Shown: one piece after another, positions 13,881 through 24,790 of the stretch
Position numbering within the stretch: the stretch's first letter is position 1
Layout: each line of letters opens with the position of its first letter
Assembly: GCA_028534125.1 (NCBI GenBank)
Contig: CM052829.1
Span: forward strand, 29,388,001-29,452,000
Length of the DNA: 64,000 nt
Direction: 5' to 3'
Source of the DNA: Lama glama
Lineage: Eukaryota
Notes under the pieces: model-generated
Seen by the model: the letters and a program-made list of their open reading frames with translations, nothing else
Told to the model about the DNA's origin: nothing
Database searches by the model: none
Made by a program: the position numbers and the translations under genes

Positions 13881-14098
13881 CTGCATTTCTTCCCATATTT
13901 GTATATTTATAAACTTATGACCCCTCAATAAAAATGTGAGATCGAGGAAGGAAGAAAGGGATAGATAAATGGATTTTTTTATGTTATATGATAACAGGGC
14001 ACATTTTCAAAGCATTGATAGCAGTCAACTGTCTGAAAGTTGCAGTGCAGCAGGGAAGGCTGAACAGAAGGAGTGGCATTTGGGATGCCTCCGGAAAG

Positions 14099-14153
14099 AT
14101 GAGCAAGGCAGGCAGGGGAGGGGAGCGGTGTTGTATTCCCAAGAGAGAGAATG
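14099..14153 (+). CDS. Candidate alternative first coding exon (MSKAGRGGERCCIPKREN, phase 1) of an unidentified host gene
   Basis: Locally G-rich unique sequence, ATG with A at -3, and a consensus donor ATG|GTGAGT at 14153/14154. The reading frame is ambiguous: a phase-2 frame from 13969 and a Met-only phase-0 reading also fit. Confidence 0.35.
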
Positions 14154-14949
14154 GTGAGTGTGAAATACGGACCCTTCCCAATCCAGTGACTCTAGAACAT
14201 AGGGCATATACCAATTTAGTTGTTTTTGTCTATTTGTTTCTCAAACAAGGGAAGGGTTACATAGCTTCTCTCTCACATCGAGGTGTTTTTTCTTCTTTTC
14301 AACACTCAATTTATTTGGCTTATTGCTGCGTGTGTATTTGTGTAAGTCAAAGGAGCAAAATCAAAAATGATTTTATGTGATATTAAAAGCTTTAAAGAGC
14401 AACACTAAGTCCAGTGCAGTGATTATAGATCTGTTACCTCATCTTCACCTCAACCTCTGGGGGTATTATTTTTTAGCTGGCTGCTAACAATGATTGTAGC
14501 AAAAATTACAGCCAAATTCACGGAATTTCTTGGCATCCCCAGTAACCTAAATTGATACTAATCAATGTTGTACATCCTGCTTCTAGCCCAGGAGCGTGCG
14601 TTCTGACTCTTTCACCCGGTGGAATGGTAACAATCACTTAGGAAGTTACCGAGGAAGCTCCCATAATTCTTGTGAAATCCTGGCATGTTATAACTCCCAG
14701 ACACCATTTCACATAAGTGAACCTCTACAATTAGCTGAAAGTGATCTCAGTTTTAAAGGCATTCAACAATGATCATGTCTTCTATTATCTCCATGTATTT
14801 GCACACAAATCCAAAGCTGTTCGAATTTTGGCAAAATCGAAGAGGGAGAGAGAAGTGCTGAGAGTAATAAAAATGGGCTTTGGTGTCTCAAAATAGAGTG
14901 GTGCTCCCAACTTTATGTAATCTTCTATTTCCTGAGAATTTGCCCTTCC

Positions 14950-15160
14950 CATTTACTGAGACTTTACTAAATGCTAGTTTCCTTACCAAGTATCTGCATA
15001 CCTTATCTAGTCTAATTCTCACAACTACCCCAGAATGTACAAATTATTAACCCCACTTAAAACAAATGAAGATATAACTTTAGCAAGATTAGGCAAGTGT
15101 CACACAGTGAATGCTAGATTAAGATTAGACTTTGTGCTTATCAGATTCCAAAACTGTCTA
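14950..15160 (-). mobile_element. MIR SINE
   Basis: 'atttactgagactttacta...ctaattctcacaactacccc...attattaaccccactt...gtcacacag...cagattccaaaac'. Confidence 0.6.
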
Positions 15161-17682
15161 TTGCAGGTGCACAACACTGTTGCTACTGCAACATAATAAC
15201 TATTAAAAATTTGAAATACTGTTCTTAAGTCAGACAAACCTAAAGCACCATTATAGCACATTTCATATTTAATATATTTATACTATTTTCATATTATTAT
15301 TATCAATGTTATTATGTCATTAGCTCTGCTAGGTCATAAAGATTTTGTTTAATATTCAGTGACAGCACACACCCTTTGATTAAAATGCATCAGTCATTTT
15401 GTAAGGTATGGTAGATGAATTCCCCTTGAAATCGTGGAAACAGGTAATTAAATTCTGTCATTTTCCGAAACTTTGGCTTTGTTCTTTTTCTGGAAAGACA
15501 TTATATAATCTTAGAGTAAACCAGGTCTCATTCCCCCAAAGTTAATTAACATGCAAATAAATTTCTTACACGGTAGTGATTGTTCTAAGTACATCAGTGT
15601 AGTTGGAAACATTTTTAATCAGAACTTTAAAACATTTTTTCATAACTCTGAAATGTTTTGGAAAATTTGCAAAGATAAGAAAAGAATACATTATTATTAT
15701 TTTTTTTTGTACAATCAACCAGTTCTTGGCTTCTGCTCTGATTGGTACATTGAAGAAATGCTAATAGTATATTGGTAACCTATTAAGGAATATCAAGTCT
15801 TCTCGAAATGATTACTTAATGCTGATGGTTAACATTAACCATTTGAGTTGGAATGGATTATAGAGGAATATTTGTATATTCTCCCTGCCAAGGGATAGCT
15901 GCCTTCTATAGTTATCCAACAAAGGAGTTACTGGTACCTTCCAGATCATTTCTGGAGTAGAAATTCCTTGAGGGAAGAGCTTTTTTGGTTGTTATTAGTA
16001 ACTGTAATTCCATACTGCCTTGCATAACCCTTTGTATAATACATTCTAATAAAACTTCTGAATGAATATTTTACAATCATCAAGATTTTCTTCATCACAA
16101 AGCAACCCTTTTTACTTTTAGACAGCATCTACCTACTTAAGAAAATGGCACTAAATAGCAACACCCTAATTATTCGTCCCTGATGGTCCTGCAGATGTTC
16201 ATCATTCAAACAAGTTCATCAGCATCCCTCTTAAAATATGCAGTAGTTCAACCAATGCTGGGTGGAATGGGTTTTTTCCTTCCTTTTTCTGATCACTAAG
16301 ATTACATTGCAATTCTTAGCAGCCATTTCTTGGCTCAGGTTTAGCAGTCAATTCAAATTCCTATGTGTTTTTTGTTGTTTCTCACCATTGTGTGATCATT
16401 AGATAAATTGATCTTTTAACCTTCTCCATCCACCATGAGGAAGATTCCATACATTGTAAGAGCGATGAAGTGGGGGGAAAGTGAGCAGGCAGAGCAGCCT
16501 TTGTTTTAGTGAATAGAGATGGAGAGGGGACAATTTTAAACTTACTTTCATGGTTTTGGTCCATCAGATATTTTCTTTTGCAGAGCACTTTCTCACTTCT
16601 CAGGTTTTGTTGTTTGCTTTGTCTGTTTTTTTTTTTATTTTATTTTATGTTGTTTTCGTGTGAACTGTTGTTGTGCCAGGGCATACACACATGTGTTTGT
16701 ATGAGAGAATTTTTAAAACACAACTGTAGTGTTCTGTGTTGAACCTTTGCAGTCAATGAAGATTTCTCTGTATGAGTATTGAAAACTATTGACTTTTTGT
16801 TCAAGTACATCCATTTTCTGAGGTTTGGTGTTTATTCCTAATGATACTATTCTTCTTCAACTGTATAGTCTTAAGTCTACAAAACTTACAGATATTTGGA
16901 AATGGCTCTCCCCTGGAAGAGAGGCACTGATAAACTTGTTTGCGTGATGAGCATCTGAGGACCATCCTGGAAAAAGAATTAGGGTTTTGTTATTTAGTGC
17001 CAAAGGGATGAATGCTTTCTCTGCAAACATAAAATGCCCCTTGTTTCTTACAATTTTAAATACAAAATATATAGAAAAAGTGTAGCTGTTTAGCCTTAAG
17101 CAGATTATTACTTTATCAGAATGTTTAAGCATTTTTAAATGTTGTCATTTTTTATTCATAAATATTTCTCATATCTATTTACATAAACCATGTGTAAATT
17201 TTGTGTTCTATAAAGCATACATTTTTATATATGGTTAAAAAATAGTATATTTGCTACTTAAGCAAATAGTTAAAAGTGGAAGTAATACTCTTTTTATAAA
17301 AAAAGCAATACCTCAGAAGATAATGGGAGAGCAAACTAAGGTAGAAGAATGAGCTAATTAGACTGGAATAAGAGAAATGTTCCCACTTTAGTTCTCAAGT
17401 GCCTATTTTTTCAAACTATTCATTTGTAGTAAAACATGTTCCAAATTAAAGCAATTATATGATGCTTATAGATTGTGCAAATGAGATATGAAATTGTTGA
17501 GTACTATACACTGCTTCACAGAATGATATTAAAGTATTAATTCTAATACCTTGTCATGGTCTCTTATATCGTATTTGCAGATTAGAATGCAGAAAAATAT
17601 CATTTTCCTGAATTGTCTATATAGTAAAACACAATTCCAACAAACAACACATTATGTCAAGCAGTGCATTAGAATTTTAACA

Positions 17683-17842
17683 TTTTAAATCAGATTAATT
17701 GAGATATAATTTAGATAGAGAGTAAAATTTCCCTTTTTTAATATATAGTCATATGAGTTTATCACAAACCACTGCCATAATCAACTTATAGAACATTTCC
17801 ATCACCCCCAAAAGTTTCCTCATGCCCCTTTCTGGTCAAATT
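17683..17842 (-). mobile_element. L1MB-type LINE 3' end
   Basis: 'attgagatataattta...accactgccataatcaacttatagaacatttccatcacccccaaaagtttcctcatgcccctt'. Confidence 0.7.
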
Positions 17843-18974
17843 TCAATGTTAGAAGCTTTACTGTCTTCCCTTTTGCATAGCCACACCCAGGAAGGGAGTT
17901 AAACCTCTAACCCCAGATCCAATGGAAGTGTCTGACCTAGATCAGGGACCAGCCCTCCATCCATAAGCACATGTTGGGGGCCAGGGTACCACCCTGACCC
18001 AGCTGTGGCTAAGGCAGGGTTTTTGAGGAGATAGACCTTCCATCCAGTCATGTAGAGAGAAGGACCATTTCTCAGAAGATGCCTTGTGTTCTCAGACGCA
18101 CAGTCTTGGAGTGCTGAGAGCATAAAATAATGAATGTCTATTATTATATTAATTTGGTAAAAGTTAATTAACATAATCAAATCGTTGTAATTGATTTTTA
18201 AAATTAATTTGTTAATATGTTAACTAAGATATCTATGTTCTAAGGTAATAGAATATACCATATACCTAATGTAAAAGAAAATTTATTGATGATGCAATAT
18301 AATCTGAAAGGCTTTATGTTTACTGTTTATTTTAAAAAGGTAACCTTTTTGATCATGTTTAACTCCTTCACATAAAAAAGATTTTTCACTCTTGCTTCTT
18401 TACTTCAAGAATAAGAAATATATGACTTTTTTCTTTAAATTTATCTTATTAGTATTCTGAATCTCACCTAAATATATTTGCTATTTAATGTAATGAGTAC
18501 ACAGTAAAATCAGCTTTGAACCACAGTCAGATAGACTCAGGTCCAGGAGGGATAATTTTGTGAATTGACTTCTAGTTTTGTTGAAAGGGAATGGGGTTTG
18601 ATTGTTCATGACTTCATTTCATTAGGCATTTCTTCTATATAGAAGCTTGTTACAGGTGATTTCATCCCAAGCACCTTAAAGCAATTGTAGACACTTGTTC
18701 TTGTGTAGCTTTTGTGAAATATACTTTAAATATGTCTAACAGTTAAACTGTATCTTCCGCCACAACAGCACTGCCCTTCCTGAGGGACAGAGCTCATGCC
18801 CGTGGTTTTTTCCTGATTTTGGAGTACAGGGTTAAAAAACATTAAAAGTGTATTATTGTGAAAGAAACAGCGCATCTGTATTTATGAAACCGTAGAAAGC
18901 TTTCTCCATTTCCAGATACCCGTGAGAATACCATGCTAGTTATCTTTGGTTATATATTTCGTGCAACACAGGCA

Positions 18975-20300
18975 TTCATTAAAGACCACTGGATGCCTAC
19001 TGTGTGCCAGGTAGAATGTAAATGCTGGGAACTCGGCAGCAAAAAGTTAAGTCATTGACTTCTTGGAACTGAACTTATATTGGGAGAACAAATAATACAA
19101 AATAATTATGTAAGAATATATTAAGTCAAATATAAGAGCTAGGAGGGAAAATAATGCAAGAGTGTAGAAAGTGGCAGCAAGGTTTTATTTTGACAGATAG
19201 CATACCTGGTCAGGGAAGTCCTCTCTGAGGTGGTGGCAGCTGAGGTGAATAAGATAAGGAGCAAGCCGTGTGGCTCTCTGGGGAAGAATATTCCAGCAAG
19301 AGAAATAGCCAGAGCTAGGCCTGCAATGGGCAGTGCTACTTAAAGGGTGCTTGCTGGGCTGGTGCCTGTGACAGGCTGTTTATCACTGATGCACAAGATA
19401 GGACAGAACTTGAGAGGGAGCTTTCATAGCAATTTGATGTAGTGACTGTAGGTGTTGCTGAATCTGATATCTGTTGCATGGTGGATGGCTTTGCTTTTTA
19501 TTTCATTATCAATAATTTATTGTATTTTACTAAAGTTTAGGCTCCATTAGATTGGGGTGTGGGGCTGGTTTTAAACCCCAGATAATTTGAGATGCACTGT
19601 GTTCGAGGAAGACAGGGAACCACTGGGGTGAGGAGAGAGGGCCTGGGACCACTGAGTGCTATAGGACAATGAGGAGGTTCTCCTGAGTGAAAAAGAACCA
19701 CACTCATCAGCTTAGAGTGAGAGTGAGGATAGAAAAGATGTGAGGAGAGACGTGTGAAATCGTCCTCCAGCGGAGTGAACAGACCAGGAAAGAGAGTAGT
19801 GACCTGGCTGTGCTTCAGGTCCACCTCAGGTTTGTGGTCAAAATTGAGTGTGAAACTAGTCATCGTGGTTATGCAGTTTTGTCTTTTTACCCCCTTGAAC
19901 AACTTTTGGCTACTTCGTTACAAGTGCAGAGTGCCAGAAAATGGAATTTAACTGGGAATTGGGCTTTCTCCAGGAAAGTATTGAGGAACAAGAGTTGAGA
20001 GCTTACAGAAGGATGCAATTACGATCATGTGCCTGGAATCTAAGCTGGATAAGGAGAGAAGAGGAGGTCATAAGAGGATGATGGTCAGTGACAAGATGGT
20101 TGGATCAGTGGACTAGATGTCCCAGTCAGGTCAAAGAAGTCCCAGAATGGGATTATTGGAGAGCATGAGCTGAGAGGTGAGATAGTAATTCAGTGAGAGG
20201 GATGCCCAAATTGGTGTATAGGAAATGTTGCAATTATTGGTAATGATTGAGGTGGGAAATTGGTCACCATGATTATGGTAATATGCTACAACACTAATGG
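18975..20300 (-). mobile_element. L2 LINE, interrupted by a MER5C-like element
   Basis: 'gcctactgtgtgccaggt', 'ggtcagggaagtcctctctgagg', 'ctggggaagaatattccagcaagag', with a purine-rich continuation after 19600. Confidence 0.7.
19331..19599 (+). mobile_element. MER5C-like hAT-Charlie element
   Basis: TIRs 'cagtgctacttaaag' and 'aatttgagatgcactg'; internal 'acagaacttgagag...atagcaatttga' and 'ttattgtattttac'. Confidence 0.65.
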
Positions 20301-21589
20301 AGAGAGCCTCATTTTCAGACTCATGTAGCACAGCATAGTGTTACACTGCCATGTTTTCGGTGAAGTCTAGCACCATTAAAAAGAAAAATATGTAATTGTT
20401 CTAATGCCATTTAATGTTTCAAATCAAATCGTTTAAAAAGGTTTTCATCGCATGCTTTTACTAAGCGAGTCTATAGTTCCCTTCCATTTCTGTATCTGGT
20501 GAGAGGTGAAGACTGTTTTGTGTTTGGTGATAGGTCAGCGTACTGGAAGAAAGGGAAGAGAGAGGGAGGAGCTGAGTTACAGTGTTTTGTCTGCTAGCAT
20601 GTAGCTCAGTTTGCTACTCTCTTGCTTTTTCCTTTAGTTCCGCTACATCTGGGCATTGAAGAGGAGGCATTTCTAGTGGAGGGATCTGCATAATAGGAGA
20701 GAAAGGGAGGCGTGTAATACATTTCAGGACCAATCAGCTTTGGAAAAATAATATGGAATGTTCTGAATCATCTTTAACATGGATAGGTTTTGAAAAGCAT
20801 TGGGGAAATAAGTCAGTATTTTAGATCAGAGACCATAAATGTCTTGAAAGGTATATAACAATAACAGAAAATTGTATTTAAGAAGCAATGCACCAAATTG
20901 TCTCTGTTTTGCTGTGGCTTAGTATACAATAGTACCAAAGCTTCCTTGTATGTGAAAAATGCATTTATATGTATAATGTCAGGATCCTTAGATGATGAGG
21001 TATCGTGTGACTAGAAGAACATTTACGCCTTCTTAGACTTTATTTTTTATTGAAAACTAAGATTTACTATTATTTTCTTTTTATTTACACATTCTAATTT
21101 TCTTGAGCCCACTTCTCTATACAAAGAAGCCTTTCAAATTTTCCTCTTTGTTACCATCTCTGTAAGAAATATATTTGCATTTGGAAGACACATGTCTGTG
21201 AAAGCAATATATATACGTTGTGGTATTTGTATTCATGACTTCCAATGGAATGTTATATTCATAACTTTCCAATGTTTGACTTGCCTGGATGAGAGTTGTG
21301 GTGGATTTGTTCACCTTAGATGGTATTTATTCCTTTTACTTCATTACACATAATCCACCTGTGCAAGATCTTAAGGTCTGTGGTAGACGTTATACTCCAC
21401 TAGACAGCTTATCAGCTTCTCTGCAGGCTTCTCAATTTGAATTTTAAAGTAAAAATGAATGAATTTGTGTTGCTTGTTGAGCCCATGTTATGAGCCACGT
21501 TGGCTCTCTGGTTCTGGGATGGTAACTAAAGAATGGAAACCAAGTTCAAGATTGTCATTTACAATGACTGTGTTATATCTATGTGGTCT

Positions 21590-21685
21590 TTATATATACA
21601 GATACATATATGCTTATATATACATGTACTTATATGCATAGATACACACATTAATAATATATCACCATATGTATACGTATATGTT
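21590..21685. repeat. Degenerate (TA/CA)n low-complexity tract
   Basis: 'tatatatacagatacatatatgcttatatatacatg...gtatacgtatatg'. Confidence 0.6.
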
Positions 21686-23713
21686 AGTGTATTTTTAGGG
21701 TGTTTAAGAAGAAAAGCTGGTTATTGATTATCAGAAAAAATCAGATGCTTGGAAGAAAAAACTACCTTAATTTATATGGTGCAATATACTGTTATGCTTT
21801 CTGCTTTAAAAAATGAACACTCTTTTAAGATTAAAAGTAAAACTGGAAAACATTGAAATGTTCTCCTTCTGGCTTCTATATGAAATAAGGGTTAAACAAA
21901 TTGTTAAGAAGTATCCCAGTACATAAAAAAGGGCAAAGCATCAAAAACCCAAGGCCAGAGTGAGATTCAACAATTTTATAATCAAAACAAATAAATACAA
22001 AGTGCTTTTGCAGCCAAAATTGAATTAATACATCTCTAGCCACTCAAAGCTATTGCTTTAGCATATAAAAAAAGCTTTTTAAAAGGTTGTACCTCAGGTT
22101 TGTACCTTTTTAAAAGGCTGCACCTCAGGTTGCAGACTGATCTATGTCTTTCTGATACTGTGTTTAGCTGTTGAGAACTCCATTCCCCAAAGCTCTATGG
22201 GACTTTAGTAGAGGTTTTCTTCTCTTTGTTTATGTTTTTGTTTCTAAGGTATATGTTAATGACTAAAAGTATTATAAAATTATCCTCTCACATTTACTTC
22301 TTTTAGAAGAGCTTAGTATTTAATACGTTCTATGTAACTTTTACTGTGGTAGTTGAAGATATAAATAAGAATTTGTCCCGTGTTTGTTTATAATATATAT
22401 CTCTCAACTTAAATAGAAGAATGTTATTTTATCTTCGGAGATATGGCAATAATAGTGAATAATTTGTACAGAAATTTTAAGTTTCTTTGTTAAGATTATC
22501 CTTTGAGCTATAAAAAAATTGTATTGCTATAACAAACAGTAAAAGGTTAGTTATATATTTTCAAAGTTTCATCTATGGTACCATAATTTGACATACTATT
22601 TAATAAGATATTGAACAAAATGAAATAATGTAGATCTTCCTTTGTAGTTTAATTTCATCAAGAATCAAGGCTTCATGTGCTTAAAATTTTCTCGCCAATC
22701 AAGAAATCACGTTGTGTTTAATAGGTGGTAAAAATGCACTGAGGGTAGAAGTGATATGAGATAATTTTGAGTTTTATATGAATTTAAAAGTATTTTGAAA
22801 TGCAAAAGCTAAAAAAGAAATTAAACCTGGAAGACCAACTGCATTTATCTACTTGCACCATTTGGATCTGGTCTTTTCTCCTAAAAATGTTTATCTGTAA
22901 AATGGGCATCCTAACTTCTGTCTGTAATAATTCTGAGAGCAGTCAGTAGCTCAAATAATCAATTTACTCCTTTTCTGAAAAAAAAATTTTCCCCTCAAAT
23001 TGTTGAAAAATTGCATGTATAAGACTCAGTAGTCAATGTATCCAAATCATTTTGTTCTAAGCATCATGGAACCAAAAGACACCATAGCAATAATTCAGGC
23101 TGAGGATGGGTCTGGTAAAGTAGAAATACCTTAAGTAAGCTCTTGATATTTATGGGATATTCAACTGCTTTTAAATATACTTTGACCAATTGATTTCAAA
23201 GGTAATGTTTGAAATTAAAGGGAAAAATGCTTATATATTTTTTAATTTACCAGCTTCAGATGCCCCTCTTACAGATTATATTTCATCCCTATAGGATTCT
23301 ATATGGTCTCCTCATTTTGTTTATCTGAATCTAAATGATACCTTCCTTATATTTAGGGTTATTCTTCAAAGTGGTGTGAACAATATATTTAGCTGTCATA
23401 AATGTTACTCATTTACATCTGGATTGCCAGGTATACAGTGAATTCTACCGACTGCCAGTGTTAAGGAGCCAGAAAGCAACATATACATTTCGATGGAAGA
23501 AAAGGGTGCAGTAGCATTTTAAACAGGAACTGAGGAATGTCTTCCTCCACTGCAGAAAGGGGCATGACGGGATGGCAGTATATGAGTAGTCGTGATGGTT
23601 CACATCATTTGTGGGCATCCTGCTTTGTGTTCTCTCGGTTTTATTTTTAATTACTCAATGCCAGTTTATTTGGGTTAAAAAAATGTTGCTAGAGAAATAA
23701 AAGCAAAACTGCT

Positions 23714-23885
23714 ATGTCCTCGAGTACAGAATTAAAGCCAAACGATTGGTATCTGACATCAGTTGAATTTGGAGAACTAAAGCAGTCAACTCTCATGAGT
23801 TCTTCAGTACCCGTAGTTGACCCAGAGCTCCTGGATGTTGATTCTGAAATCCAGAAACTGTCAATGAAGGGCGACCTGGATTTAG
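23714..23885 (+). CDS. Candidate first coding exon (57 aa, phase 1) of an unidentified gene
   Basis: Open frame MSSSTELKPNDWYLTSVEFGELKQSTLMSSSVPVVDPELLDVDSEIQKLSMKGDLDL with natural protein-like composition and 4 CpGs in 172 nt. G at -3 of the ATG, in-frame upstream TAG at 23690-23692, donor TAG|GTATGT; no repeat similarity noticed. Confidence 0.55.
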
Positions 23886-24249
23886 GTATGTGTATATATT
23901 AGGATCCGTGTTAGAAAGAGAGAAAGAGAGACAGAAACAGGGAAGGAGAGGAGGGAGATTTATTGACTGCGTTAACTTTATGATCAAAAGGAAACCTAAT
24001 CATTCAAAAGGCCTCTCTGAGAGTTTAATGTTTCTTTGTTAGTGTAAAAACCTATTTTCCTACTATGATAATCTCAATAGGGGTCCTTTAATCGGAAAAA
24101 GAAGATAGGAGCTCTTTAAACTATAGTTTTGTGAAATTTCACATTTTACGTTTTAGTGACGTATCTTTCTTATGACAGATCTTTTTTTGTGACATTTTAT
24201 TCTCAACATGTCCGAGATAACTATAAATCTACTCAAGCTCCGATCACTT

Positions 24250-24790
24250 CACACATACACCATGCAGCTGCTTCCAAGATGATCTGTCTTTTCCCAGGCT
24301 TTCCTGTGGGGGGAAAATCTATTCTATACACCAACAGATTTTTTTTTCTTACACTGTTTTTTTTTTTTTAAATCATACTTGCTTTCCATGCTCAAAACTT
24401 GCAAAGGCTTAACACTGTTTGCAGGAAAGTCCAGATTCTTCATCTAGTATTTAAGATTCTCAATAATGTGGCTGTTCTCTGTATAGTTTTACCTCCCACT
24501 GGTCTCTGACCAGAGCCTAACCTCCCACCAGGTATATCTTCTTCATTCTGCACTGTCCCCTGACCACAAGGTTTGTTCCTGCTGTTTTCTCCAGGCTGCT
24601 CCAGCTCACGTGATTCCTCCTTTCTCTGAAATTTCAATGATAAATACCACTACATGTGTTGCTTACTTGCCTGCCCCTCACCCTGTTTGATTGAAGTCTC
24701 ATGAGGAAGACAGAGGCTTTGTCATTTCTTTTGTATTTCCCACCTTGCTGCTGTGAAGAGGAGGGCTGTCTGCAGAGAAAGCACTCAAGT
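24250..24790 (+). mobile_element. L2 LINE fragment
   Basis: 'tgctcaaaacttgcaaaggctt...aaagtccagattctt', 'gaagtctcatgaggaagacagaggctttgtc...tgtatttcccac'. Confidence 0.5.

Noticed and set aside
16382-16588. 68-aa minus-strand ORF ending at a GTGAGA donor-like site
   Set aside because: It has a non-ATG start, no recognisable protein similarity and no supporting acceptor.
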